DNA of 64,000 bases from Trypanosoma brucei. Its lineage: Eukaryota. Numbering within the stretch: position 1 is the stretch's first letter; the number at the start of each line of letters is the position of its first letter. This document shows positions 33,301 to 44,274 of this stretch, piece by piece. The DNA lies in NCBI GenBank assembly GCA_000002445.1, contig CM000208.1:768001-832000 (forward strand), written 5' to 3'. The translations under genes and the position numbers were made by a program. Under the pieces are notes generated by a model. It made no database searches. It saw only the letters and a list, made by a program, of their open reading frames with translations, and was not told the origin of the DNA.

Positions 33301-36300
33301 TGTGGAGGAGGGTAGAACGTGTCTTTGGCCTTCGTACAGGCGGCGCTTGACACCGACGCTACGAGGGAGTGGCCCATTTTTTAGTGATGCGTATCCTTGT
33401 CTGTTGGGCAGTTGGGGTGAAGAAGGGTCGAATGATGGCGCCTCCGTTGATTTTCTGCCTATACGTTCTTTCTGAAATTATTGACCGTTTCCTTTTCTTT
33501 ATACCTGATTGCTCATCCTTCGTGTGGCATATTTTTTTTCGCTTTAAATATTTTGGTAGGACATTAATAGACGGTACTATCTGCTATTGGTGGAGTTCTA
33601 AGGTAGCTGTAGTTATGGACGCCGCAGATGCCACCGGAGGGGGCAGCGTAAAGCCATTGGCTGAATTAATTCAGCTAATCCGTGTCCGCGGTGGCGTTAC
33701 AAAGGAGTGTGCACGCCCTAGGCGTACTAACGATCATTCGAATGACCTTTGCGCTGTACCCTTTTCGTTACCTGTGTGGAAAAGGGCGCGAGGTCACAGT
33801 CCCCCAAGGGCCGCTTTACCAGTGAAGGAGTCGGTGTCAAGGCGACCTGAACTGTCAACAACAGTGAGAAGACGACGACGACGAATGGAAGGTTGCCATG
33901 CGGTGACTACGAGAAATGTTTCTACCTGTTCGGCTGACTTTCAGATTATGGAAAAATTATCAGTTGGGGCGTATCACTTGACGTACGTGCACGTCGATCT
34001 TTATCATCACGGGTTGAAACGTCTGATGGACGATGCGGTGCTTAGGACAAACCCGAAGAAAATCGTTGGACGCAAGTGCTGCTATTTAAAACCCGGCACA
34101 GATCTTGTGGTGACTGGTTGCGTAATTGAATTCACTAAGAATGATCTATCTGTGCAAGTGGCCCCGGATAAGGGCATTGACGTGGACGTGGAGTGGGTGA
34201 AGTTGGAGGATGTTTACGTCCCGGAAAACATTGATAAAGTGAGAGTACGTGTTTCCGATGAAGTGCGCTCGGGATTACAGAAAGTAAAAGAGGCTCCAAA
34301 AGAGATGAGGAGAAGGTTTGCTTCACAGTAATATTCTAATGGGCTGTACATCAAGTTCTATTGAAACGTGTGCAAGGAAGTGTTCACAAACGCACTAGTA
34401 GTCGAAAGTAATCCCTTTTAAATTAGATAAAACGTACCATACCTGTATGCCATTTACCCCTAATATGGAGCACCAACCCCCGTTGTGTGCATGGAAATGG
34501 CCCTTTGGTTACCCACTTGTATCCTTCCCTTGGGGAGGCATTCGATTGCAATATCGAAATATTTCCCTTATAAGTTTTTGCACCTTTCCGTGCAACGTTA
34601 TGTGTATGTATGGGGAAATTGGAAGCGTTGCAGCTGTTTTTGCGACGACGGTATTTCCACTAGTGTGATTCTGTAGTTAGTGGAATATTCACAGATGCTG
34701 TTTTTCAACTTTTTCTCTCTCATATATATATGTATGAGGGGGATCGGTTACTTTTCTATGAGTTTCTCCCCTCTACTAATCTGTTCACTCCACATCGGCT
34801 GTGCTGCTGCAAGTGTAAGTGATGGGGGTGGTGAGATGAAGTACCGCCTCTTGAGCTTCCAATGTGGATGACAATCACTGCCTGTGTAGCGAATTGCTGT
34901 ACATATGTATATGCGTGTGCATGTGTGTCTTGACCACCATAAGAAGTTTTCCCACTCCTTCGCATATTCTCATTCAGTTTTTCCTTACACCTACATCTCT
35001 GTTTTCGTTCACATTACGTTGTAAGGCTACTTGCTCCGGCGCTCGTCCTTTGTTGATTTGTACGGGACTATCACAAACATTTATTACATATAAGTATATA
35101 TATTTGTAAGAACCAGTCACAGTTTGCTATACGGGGCCGTACTACAGTGTCTATGCACTGTGGGCGCATTCGTCGTTGGATGGTGGTTACATGAGCGGAG
35201 CACATTAGTTTGGACTGTAGATATTGAAAGTTGTAAGAACCGTGGTATTTCAAGGAAAAGTTCGGGTTTAGTAAGCTGCATTCGGATTGTACTCCGCCTC
35301 ATTACGGGAGAGCTTCATTCGGCGGTTAATTGACTTCCGCGTTTTGACCCTCTTTTGTTATTTTACTGATGCTTTGTTTTAGCGGCGAGTGGTTGGCTGT
35401 GAAGCGCATAGCCATAAGAGTCTCATATAACTTAGACCCTCGCAACCTACTTTTCAAGTAGACCGTTTGAGCATTTTGTTTGGTGATGGAAGACATTAGC
35501 TTGCGCGGAAAGTGAGGAGATTAAGTCATAACCAGTGCTGGATGGTTTGTTGCGAAGCAACGGATCAGACTCCTGTATACGGCACCGATTTATTAGTTTT
35601 CAGGATATCGTAAATTGCTCCTCTTCAGTTGGGTGGTGCTTAATTTTCTTCAGGAGTCGCGAGCTTAATTTTGCACCATTCGTATGTTGTTTGCTCTTGT
35701 ATACGTTGTTCGTTTTTTTTTTTCGTGGGGATTCGGCGTAGAGATATCTGAGGAATGACAACAGCATGAATGAGTATGATGGATTTATGGCACTGTAAGT
35801 GTTACAAAATTATGGTGCACGTACGGTCAACCGCTGTCAGTCGACTAAAATGCCAGCACATGTTGTATAATCAGCACTTTCCTTTCCCCAATGGGATTTA
35901 TGTGAGTCCTGTGTCTCATCAGGAGGACTTTGCTGAGCCAACGGTAGACTCATTCGACACTTTATTTTTCTTTTTTTCCTGGGTGTCAAGATGGTAGGTG
36001 AAGGTGTGGAGAAAAGTGTACTCTCGGCGTGGGCACCCAAACTGCTGAAAGTATTTGCGTGACGACCCCTCCTCGTCGTAGCTATCACGGTTCCACAATC
36101 GTGATATTGCCAAAATACTGATTTTACGTAACAGCGATAGTGTGTTAACTATCTTAACTAAAGTTTTAATAAACCTAACTTCATTATTGCCACACTGCCT
36201 ACTTTATGTTCACCACTTTCGTTTTAACATTTTGATGTTGCACACGTTTTTGACGATGCGTACGAGGCAACTGGTTTAACTCACGGTGGGAAGGTGCTTA

Positions 36301-37159
36301 CACTGTGTGTGGTTTACGTTAGCGGAGTGCATCCATTTGTTCACCTGCTTTTGTCGTGGGGGTTCAGACTGCTTTCACTCAATGAGGGAGGGGGAAGGGG
36401 AATGTTGCCGTCTTAATTACTGGTTTCCCCTGCGTGGTTAACCTTACACTTCACGGAAAGGAAAATGTCTCCGACCACTCGTTTACACGGTAGCTGCCCC
36501 GTGATTTGCAACTTCAGAATTATGTCTGTTGTACACCTACGTTTTTTTCCTTGCATAGTTTGCTATGTGCACTTCATCGCCGGTTGGTACGTGTTGATAA
36601 GTTCATGGTTCGTTTATTGGCGAGGCATAGTTTGTGTGTTGGTAACTGTTGACATATTTTGTAGCTGTATAAGATGAAAGCTGTGTGATCGAAAGTTTTT
36701 CTGCCTCATTGATACTAGATTTTTTTGTGCCACATATATACAGGTTTTCTTGAAGATCTATTTTTTTTTTTTTTTGCGTTCTACTAATATCGTTTTTACT
36801 GCACATGAGCACTATTTTAGGTGTGAAGCACCAGCCGTTATGCACGGCTCGTATATACGAAGAGGGTGGGGACTTTATTCGCTTAAAGATGTTCTGGAGG
36901 ATATATCTGATTCACTCGTGCAAGCCTCTTACTGTCGACAAAACGTCGTACTGGGCGCTTGAGTCTAGGGTTTATTTTTTGCTTTTTCTTCGCCGATAAT
37001 GATAATAATAACACTTCTGCAGAGTTCCACCGAAGTTGTTCGTATACCTCCATAAGTGTTGCCACCGATACATTTGCAGTGTACCTCCGACGCATGCAAC
37101 GTCTCCTTCGCTCTTAGTAAAACATTTACCGAATCTTCTTTCGTTTTCACTACGAATAG
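27351..37159. other. Roughly 9.8-kb gene-poor interval inside the polycistron. No ORF is long enough to trust. One sampled sub-block (32.5-33.4 kb) is roughly 60% G+C by eye, and I extend that label to about 28.8-33.4 kb from the same kind of ORF pattern, without sampling it.
   Basis: Only short, mutually overlapping ORFs on both strands. The flanking genes sit at roughly one gene per 1-3 kb. A 33615..34331 ORF is the only plausible gene. Confidence 0.6.
33615..34331 (+). CDS. Candidate hypothetical protein (238 aa) inside the gene-poor region.
   Basis: The track ORF (33369, GTG) begins with F/C/W-rich UTR-like text. From the in-frame ATG at 33615 (MDAADATGGGSVKPLAELIQL...) the translation is protein-like. 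It includes an 'RRRRRR' run and an acidic/hydrophobic C-terminal half. Same strand as the polycistron. Confidence 0.3.
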   Translation: MDAADATGGGSVKPLAELIQLIRVRGGVTKECARPRRTNDHSNDLCAVPFSLPVWKRARGHSPPRAALPVKESVSRRPELSTTVRRRRRRMEGCHAVTTRNVSTCSADFQIMEKLSVGAYHLTYVHVDLYHHGLKRLMDDAVLRTNPKKIVGRKCCYLKPGTDLVVTGCVIEFTKNDLSVQVAPDKGIDVDVEWVKLEDVYVPENIDKVRVRVSDEVRSGLQKVKEAPKEMRRRFASQ

Positions 37160-38344
37160 ATGGGGATAGTCCGAGTACAGAGGCCGTTGTTGTGGCTGTT
37201 GGGTGCCGTGTTTTTGCTATGGGTTTTACGAAGACAGCGCCGATGCAGCCGATTTTTTGCTTCTTTAAAAACAAGTATTCTAAAGAAACTTACGTGCAAA
37301 CGTTTGGGGAGAAAACAACCCCGCGTGGCTGTCAGAAAAGTTGATCTATTTGTAGAGAAGGTGCTCGCCCAGGGAGGCTTACAAGACGTGGATAAGATAG
37401 TGGGTATTTTCCCGCGACACTTCGAGCTTGTAGGCCATGTGGTCGTGGTAAAACTCAACCGCGGAATAGCACGGGATGTCTTTGCACCGTATGCAAGGGC
37501 GCTGGCAGAATCCTTTTTTCCACGAGTTATTGACGTTGTGTTGTTGGATACCATGGGAATTGTCGGGGAGCTTCGGGAGCCCCACCTAGAAGTACTGTGG
37601 TCGAGTGCCACTTCCCACTTTAGTGTGAACGATAGTTTACTGAAAGTCACCAAGGAGCGAGTGCGCAAGGCATCGACCTTTACCTCAGAGGACGCGGAGT
37701 TGCTCGGCTCATGCGCAGAAGCGGTAACATTTACAACTCATGTCGAAAATGGGGTCCGGTATAGCTTTGATGCATGTAAGGTAATGTTCTGTAGTGGGAA
37801 TGTGACCGAGCGTATGCATTTTGCTTCCATCATAGCCAAGGATGAGGTGGTGGTTGATATGTTTGCTGGTATCGGTTATTTTACACTACCACTGGCCATC
37901 AATGGCGGTGTGAAAATTGTACATGCACTAGAAAAGAACAAATACAGTGCGTTGTATTTGGCATTTAACGCAGTTCAAAATAAAGTCAGTGATTTAATAG
38001 TAATTCATTGCGGCGACAATAGGGACGTGGGATCGGAGTTGTGTGGTCGGTGCGATCGAGTAATAATGGGTTATATACCATCGTGCGAGTCTTTTTTGCC
38101 CCGTGCTATTTCGTTTCTGAGGCGTTCGACGCGTGGGGAACCAATGGGGGTGGTTCATTATCATCTCCTTTCAGAGAAAGATCAGGTCATAAACACTGTA
38201 ACACATCACGTGCGGTCTACCTTGGATGAAGCAACTACATCGCTTATGCGTATCGTGAACTTTCGCATGGTGAAATCATATGCGCCGAAGCGTTTTCATT
38301 TTGTGGTTGACATGCATTTTAGCAGTTTACAGGAGCCGGAATAA
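37160..38344 (+). CDS. TYW2: tRNA wybutosine-synthesizing protein 2 (TYW2/Trm12, Trm5-family SAM-dependent transferase).
   Basis: ATG start. 'VVDMFAGIGYFTLPLAINGG' matches the 'LYAGIGYFTLPFLV' SAM-binding block of human TRMT12/TYW2. 'MGYIPSCESFLPRA' matches its 'NLGLIPSSE'. An upstream 'FPRHFELVGHVVVVKL' block is typical of the Trm5/TYW2 N-terminus. Confidence 0.75.
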   Translation: MGIVRVQRPLLWLLGAVFLLWVLRRQRRCSRFFASLKTSILKKLTCKRLGRKQPRVAVRKVDLFVEKVLAQGGLQDVDKIVGIFPRHFELVGHVVVVKLNRGIARDVFAPYARALAESFFPRVIDVVLLDTMGIVGELREPHLEVLWSSATSHFSVNDSLLKVTKERVRKASTFTSEDAELLGSCAEAVTFTTHVENGVRYSFDACKVMFCSGNVTERMHFASIIAKDEVVVDMFAGIGYFTLPLAINGGVKIVHALEKNKYSALYLAFNAVQNKVSDLIVIHCGDNRDVGSELCGRCDRVIMGYIPSCESFLPRAISFLRRSTRGEPMGVVHYHLLSEKDQVINTVTHHVRSTLDEATTSLMRIVNFRMVKSYAPKRFHFVVDMHFSSLQEPE

Positions 38345-38527
38345 GTCGCGGTCGTTTGGACGGTTGAGGAAATGGTATGTTGTGTGCTAGAGAGAATAAT
38401 AGGATGTATTAGCGTGACTATACTGTTTACATTGTTTCTTTTTTAACCTGTTTAACAACTTGTTCCTGCGGAAAGTCTTTTGTACCCACAAGTATCAATC
38501 TTCACAGTTGGTGTAAATCAAGTCATT

Positions 38528-41029
38528 ATGAGGTCGTTGGAGGTGCAGAAAGACTCCATATTGGCTGCAATAGTTATGGAATGCGTTAAAAATAAGCCAT
38601 CCAACACCAGTTATCACAGTTCTGTGTTGTACCAGCGCCTTAGTGCACCAGAGACACGGAATCTCGTTTACCAATGCTGTTTAGAGCTTGTCGACGATTC
38701 TCAACGGCGCCGAGATATAGGGCAATTGTTGCTGAACTACATTTCCAGCTTTCCACCCTCACAAACAACCCTGCAGGCGATTGCTAGTAAGTGTAAACCG
38801 CACGCAGCAAGTCGTTCCCCCTACAGCAGCATTTACCAGGAGTTGAAGGTAGTGGTTGAAACGTACCTGAACCACAAACCTCTTGGCTATATGCTTGGTC
38901 GTACACTCCAGCCTGAAAAGGAGAGCATCACATTTCGTCAAAGTGAGTTGAGCATTAATCCAGGTTACATTCAAAAGTGTAATCTGCAGCCGCCAGTGAC
39001 ACAGGGTACGGAAAAAGGCAAACACGTTGTTCCCTTTTCTGGCTGGTCTGATGATGATATCACCTCTACCGCAAGGGAAAAGAACAAGACGCGCAGTCGG
39101 CTGTGGACTGTCAAGTATCAAGTAGTTGGTTGCAAAGACTATGTCAATCAGTTGCCACTGGAATGTACTGAAACCCTTATTGAACAGCAAGTTCGCGTGC
39201 TCAATTCGTTCTGGGAAAAGTACAATACTAGCGTTGAGGTTGTTCGGGCTACGTCGTTTTTAATTAAACTTATGTGCGACGCGTATGTTTCAAAAATCCC
39301 CCTACAATCCAACTACTCATTCTTCCGTGCGGTAAGCATTTGTTATCTTCCAACATTGTTCGAGATGATGAGCAGTACTTACGCCTGCGTTCGTAGTCAC
39401 GTGTACGACATATTGTTGACTTTGGGCATGCACTTCCAGCTGGTTGACACACAAGGACTCTTCCCTGGTTGTACCGAGGCGTTGGAAGAGGAATTGATCT
39501 GGTTACTGCTGACAGTCCTTAGGAAGCAGTCCATGTGTGAGGGAGATGATGAGATGATATGGACGATAGCGGCGAAGTGCACAATTGTAGTGATACCCCG
39601 ACACAAACATCACCTTATTGACTGTCGGGCACTCTATCAGTTGATGAAACTTCCGACGGTTATCACGTTCCATCCTCATCTCTACACCACCTTTGCCGAG
39701 GCTTTTGCTAAGAGGGTGTTGAGGTGGGACCCGTCAGGTGATGATGCGGAGGACATGATCGCCCTGGATGAGGATGAGTTCAACAAATGCGGGAATCAAC
39801 CTGTCGCGAAGTTGCTCTTCCTGTACAGACAAGCAATGACATTAGGCGCGCGGCTAGCCTTTTTTCAGGTTCTCTTTACACATACGGTGATGGTGTTACA
39901 ATCCCGCGCAACGTTGCCGCGATTGTATCCACGAATATTAAGGCGATGCTACAGTGAGTTGGTAAGAGTGGGATTTCACTGGCATCTTCACTCGTTGCTT
40001 TTTTACCAGTCGCGCCAAGTTTTTCGTGAACTCCCTGGCCATATTACGTATGACATGGACGTTGAGGTTGTTAGGGATTACAAAATGGAAGTGACGGCAA
40101 TAGTACAGTGCATGTTGCAAACCGTTGAAGATAATGTGCGCCTTCCAGACGTTATAAGGAGCGCGTTTAGAAATGCGGTGGGAACGCGTGTGGAGGAGCG
40201 GACTGCCCTTGCCAGGGTGGTATCTGAATGCGTAACTTTGATTCCAGCTATGCTGAAAGAGGATACTGACGGCGTACTGTACAACATTGGGTGGCATACG
40301 GCACTATACTGTATGCGATTAAGCCGTGAAAAGTTGGATTCTGACGAGAGTGTAGCCTTGTTGGACAAATTGGCAACCAATCTGGTTTCCTTTTCTGAGT
40401 TTAAAGATCGCACGGAGCTCACAAAGATAAAGGGAGCTTGTCCAGATATATTAGCTGCGCTGATGTTCTTAGGTAGGAAACATCCCAACCAAGCTGTGGA
40501 GCCGTTCAGTATATTAATTGAAAAATTTCTCCATGACACTGCGGTAGTTGACAGCCAAAGCGTCATGCAATTGTACTACAGACTCTTTGGTTCCCTTGCC
40601 ATTCAGAATGGGCCGTTTAAGGGCGCTCAGCGGGCTGACATTTCGCAGTTGCTTTGCAGTGAGCAGCTTGTTACTGCGCAGCCCATTATAGACGGTATTG
40701 GTTCACGTGTATTGTGGGCCCTCTACCGTTCGCTCTGTACGGTGCAAACCGCTTCTGCCTGCCGGGCCCGCCACGTATTGGCTTCTTTTTTGGAGGAGTT
40801 GGATACTTCCGGTGGAAGCAGTCATTCCTACTCTTGGAAAACTATAATGGACGACCCATACCCCCCTGTGGCACTGATAGGTGCTCAAAGGATTCTGCAA
40901 ATGTGCGGCAGAACCGCCTACGACCGCTTCGACGAGGCAATGAACACACCAGAAAAAAGTGAAAAGTGTGACTCAGTGTACGTCCTCGCTCTCAAGGTCA
41001 TCCAATTAGCAGAGTCAAGGAAAGAGTGA
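38528..41029 (+). CDS. Hypothetical protein (833 aa).
   Basis: Long ORF. The track start 38480 is a TTG, and the first in-frame ATG is at 38528 (MRSLEVQKD...). Protein-like throughout, with no domain I can name. Confidence 0.55.
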   Translation: MRSLEVQKDSILAAIVMECVKNKPSNTSYHSSVLYQRLSAPETRNLVYQCCLELVDDSQRRRDIGQLLLNYISSFPPSQTTLQAIASKCKPHAASRSPYSSIYQELKVVVETYLNHKPLGYMLGRTLQPEKESITFRQSELSINPGYIQKCNLQPPVTQGTEKGKHVVPFSGWSDDDITSTAREKNKTRSRLWTVKYQVVGCKDYVNQLPLECTETLIEQQVRVLNSFWEKYNTSVEVVRATSFLIKLMCDAYVSKIPLQSNYSFFRAVSICYLPTLFEMMSSTYACVRSHVYDILLTLGMHFQLVDTQGLFPGCTEALEEELIWLLLTVLRKQSMCEGDDEMIWTIAAKCTIVVIPRHKHHLIDCRALYQLMKLPTVITFHPHLYTTFAEAFAKRVLRWDPSGDDAEDMIALDEDEFNKCGNQPVAKLLFLYRQAMTLGARLAFFQVLFTHTVMVLQSRATLPRLYPRILRRCYSELVRVGFHWHLHSLLFYQSRQVFRELPGHITYDMDVEVVRDYKMEVTAIVQCMLQTVEDNVRLPDVIRSAFRNAVGTRVEERTALARVVSECVTLIPAMLKEDTDGVLYNIGWHTALYCMRLSREKLDSDESVALLDKLATNLVSFSEFKDRTELTKIKGACPDILAALMFLGRKHPNQAVEPFSILIEKFLHDTAVVDSQSVMQLYYRLFGSLAIQNGPFKGAQRADISQLLCSEQLVTAQPIIDGIGSRVLWALYRSLCTVQTASACRARHVLASFLEELDTSGGSSHSYSWKTIMDDPYPPVALIGAQRILQMCGRTAYDRFDEAMNTPEKSEKCDSVYVLALKVIQLAESRKE

Positions 41030-41450
41030 TCATACGCTAGATGCAGCGGTGACCGTTTTGTCTTCATACCTTTCTTTATTCGTTCACTTTATGACCCTTA
41101 TTACTGCTGAGCTCATCGTTCTATAAGCTGCATGGAGCTTGCTGGAGTTGACCAGTAAAAAATTTTGCTTTCCTTATTTTCATGAGGGTGAAGACGCAGA
41201 AAGACGTAGAGGAACTGTATTCTTCCTTTTTCACCTGTGAACTGTTCTTTGAACTCTGTTTGTGGTGTAGCAAGCGGTTTACGACGAATTACTGTTGCAT
41301 AAATCTGGTGTTAAGTTCAAACCCCTAAGTCACTTTTAAAGAACTCTAATATTCAGGAAAGCGATATTCTGCGAGCGACTCCGTTGCTGCTGTCCGTGTA
41401 GTTGACGAAATTTAACGTATTAGGGCTTGCAGGGGTTCTCGACGCACTCA

Positions 41451-43547
41451 ATGGAGGGAAAGAGCGTAGTAGGTGGTTCTCACAAACTTGCTGATGGGAG
41501 TTCTTCCTGCGGCACGATTGGCGCAAACCCGGGTTATGCCGGTACAAGCACCCCGTTGGATGCCAGTTCTTCGTTGTATTTTGGGAAGGTAGTAGAGGAT
41601 GCCGTACCTGTGAGAGTTGAAGTTGGAGAAACCACCACACGACACACCGATCCACAGGGTGCGTCCGTTCCTCTGACCAGGAAGGCAACCGCTAAGGACC
41701 GTATAGCAGTAGAAAAGACATCGGATTTCGTATTTTGCGACGAATGTGGTCAAAACATTCCAGTCTCCGAGTGGGCGGATCACCGTGAACATCCGCGAGT
41801 GGTGGAACATGTTACCTCATGGGTGGGTAGATTGAACAAATTATTGATTCGTCTTTTCATCGATTTTTTCATGTGGGTGCTCATGAATATTTACTTTCGG
41901 GAGGTTGTGGTGGTTAACGAAAAGAGCATTCCAAAAACTGGTGGTGTTGTGTTTTATGGTAACCATCAGAATCAGTTTATCGATGCTATGATGATCCGTG
42001 CAAACTGCGGCAGGCCCGTGCGATTCGTTATGGCGGAGAAGTCGTTTCAGAGACCGATCATCGGTCTCTTCGGCCATATGACGGACGCAGTGCCGGTTAT
42101 AAGGCCGCAGGATGCTCCTCTCAACTCTGGTGAGGGGCGTCTTATTCGCATGGATGGAGATATGATTTATGGGGAGGGTACAAAGTTTACAATGTGTCTT
42201 TCCGACAGGGATGTCATAATATGGTACAGAGAGGATGTAAAGTGCACCGCACAGGTTTTGAAGATAAACTCTGACACGGTGCTGCAGTTAACTATGCCCG
42301 TTGCGGCATGTGATGCGGTGACTAAGCCTGTGGGGTTTCAAGTGTCTCGGCGCATCGACCACTCTGAAATGTACGCCAGCGTTTATCAGACGCTTCAGAG
42401 TGGGCAATGCATCGGCATCTTCCCAGAGGGTGGGTCGCATGACCGCACATCGCTGCTACCTCTCAAGGCAGGTGTCGCTTTATTTAGTCTCGGAGCGGCG
42501 GTGCGTGGCATAGACGTCAAGGTTGTGCCGTGCGGACTAACCTACTTTTACGGCCACAAGTTTCGCAGTCGGGCTCATGTTGAATTTGGCGAACCAATTA
42601 CACCCTCGGCGGAGGTTGTGGCGCTTTTCAACACTGACAAACGCAAGGCCACTGGCATTTTTTTGGAGCAACTAAACGAAGAACTACGCGGCTTTACCAT
42701 AAATGTGCCCAATATGAGTGCCCTAAACTTTCTTCATGGATTTCGACAGCTGTATCAACCACAAAATTGTATTTTGGCGACACGGGATCACCTACGTCTG
42801 ACGCGCCGTCTTAGTGTAATTATGGAGGAACAAAAGGGTAACCCAGAATTCATTGACTATCGAAGTAGAGTAGAAAACTATCAGGATTACTGTAATGCAC
42901 TGCTTGTTCGTGATAGCCAAGCGGCGACACTGGGGAAATTGGGATCTAATGAAGCGCGACAGCTTCACTTGATGTTTCGAAGGTGTTTTACTCTATTTTT
43001 GATGGGTGTTATTTTGGTACCGTTCTTTGTTGTTGGGCTCCCCATCGGTATTTTAGCAAAATCCTTATCTGAGAGGCACCGCAAGAAGGCCCTTTCGCAG
43101 AGTAATATAAAGATTGTAGGCACCGACGTAATGGGCTCGTACAAACTCATTGTAGGTTTTATCAGTGTGCCTGTCGTATTCTCAATTGTCTCAATTATCA
43201 CATACGTGTACACCGATCTCCGTACTGCGTTAACAGTCTCAGTTTGCCTTCCCATGACAATGTACGTTTCTCTGCTGATTCTCCAGGAGGCCGCAATTGA
43301 AATGCGAGCCGCTCTGCCCCTCTTCATGTCGTTGATATCCAAACACAAACAGTTTTGTAAACTGTACGAACGACGCCGTGCTTTAGTGGCATTGACTAAG
43401 GTGCTCGTGAAAAAGTGGGATCCCGAGTTAGAGGAGGAGTTGCAGCATTACGTACAGGAGTCTAAGCAGAGCATGAAACTGCGTGAACCGTCATTGTTTT
43501 CCTTGCGGCACGGCGGGCTGCGCCGGCTTGCGGATATCAAAAATTGA
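41451..43547 (+). CDS. GAT: Glycerol-3-phosphate acyltransferase (GPAT/DHAPAT family; Sct1/Gpt2-like, cf. kinetoplastid GAT).
   Basis: Acyltransferase motif I 'GNHQNQFIDAMM' (HxxxxD). Motif III 'IFPEGGSHDRTSLLPLKAG'. C-terminal hydrophobic segments. The track start 41427 is a TTG, and the first ATG is at 41451. Confidence 0.8.
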   Translation: MEGKSVVGGSHKLADGSSSCGTIGANPGYAGTSTPLDASSSLYFGKVVEDAVPVRVEVGETTTRHTDPQGASVPLTRKATAKDRIAVEKTSDFVFCDECGQNIPVSEWADHREHPRVVEHVTSWVGRLNKLLIRLFIDFFMWVLMNIYFREVVVVNEKSIPKTGGVVFYGNHQNQFIDAMMIRANCGRPVRFVMAEKSFQRPIIGLFGHMTDAVPVIRPQDAPLNSGEGRLIRMDGDMIYGEGTKFTMCLSDRDVIIWYREDVKCTAQVLKINSDTVLQLTMPVAACDAVTKPVGFQVSRRIDHSEMYASVYQTLQSGQCIGIFPEGGSHDRTSLLPLKAGVALFSLGAAVRGIDVKVVPCGLTYFYGHKFRSRAHVEFGEPITPSAEVVALFNTDKRKATGIFLEQLNEELRGFTINVPNMSALNFLHGFRQLYQPQNCILATRDHLRLTRRLSVIMEEQKGNPEFIDYRSRVENYQDYCNALLVRDSQAATLGKLGSNEARQLHLMFRRCFTLFLMGVILVPFFVVGLPIGILAKSLSERHRKKALSQSNIKIVGTDVMGSYKLIVGFISVPVVFSIVSIITYVYTDLRTALTVSVCLPMTMYVSLLILQEAAIEMRAALPLFMSLISKHKQFCKLYERRRALVALTKVLVKKWDPELEEELQHYVQESKQSMKLREPSLFSLRHGGLRRLADIKN

Positions 43548-44274
43548 GGAACAACTCCACTAACTATATTACTTTCAGTAGCTTTTTTTTGCTATCTTCC
43601 ATTGAAAGTTATCGACTCTTTTCGTAGTTGGGTGGATGTTTTTAAATCGCACGATATCGTGTCACACCTTGGTCGTCCCGCGGCACCCCCTTGGAATTGA
43701 GGTGAACCTGCGTATAAATTGTCTTCGAAGTTTGCGTGTGCGTACGAGTGACGTGGCGTACGGGTGGCTGTGTTTGTGGGAAGGGATTTGCTCCGTAGTT
43801 CTCTTTGTTCTGTTAATGTTAATGGCTGTGGAGAAAGGTGGCATCGTGTGTGGGAGGTTCAAGTGGAATAGGGGAACATACCCGAGCATGGGTAGCGGCA
43901 TCTTTTTTTGCGCGGGGAATTATGTCCCTCTAATGCATGAATGATCGCACGCTTCTGGAGTTGCAGTAATTTGTTCCGTGCTGATATGGTAGTTTCTCCC
44001 CTTCGACCACGGGTAGCGGTTGGACTCATAGTGTGCACCCCCAATTGTGACATTTCACCCACCATCGTTTCGAGATGTCTTGAGGTTTTGATAGCACCTA
44101 ACTGAGGCCGCCCTCCAGGCACCATGCCCCTGCGGCATGTTGCTTAAATATGTCGTGCAAAGGTTCCCTTTTTGTTCACACGTGGTGTGTGTACTTATAT
44201 TCTCTTTCCTTCTTACTTGACTAGGGGGCAGTTAGAATCGTATACACCTGTGGACGTTGGGAGGCACAGAGGGA

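Noticed and set aside
27351-37159. Spliced-leader RNA gene or recognisable ingi/L1Tc 5' signature in the desert.
   Set aside because: I could not find the conserved SL exon sequence or any retroelement terminal motif I can recall. This is absence by eye only, not an exhaustive search.
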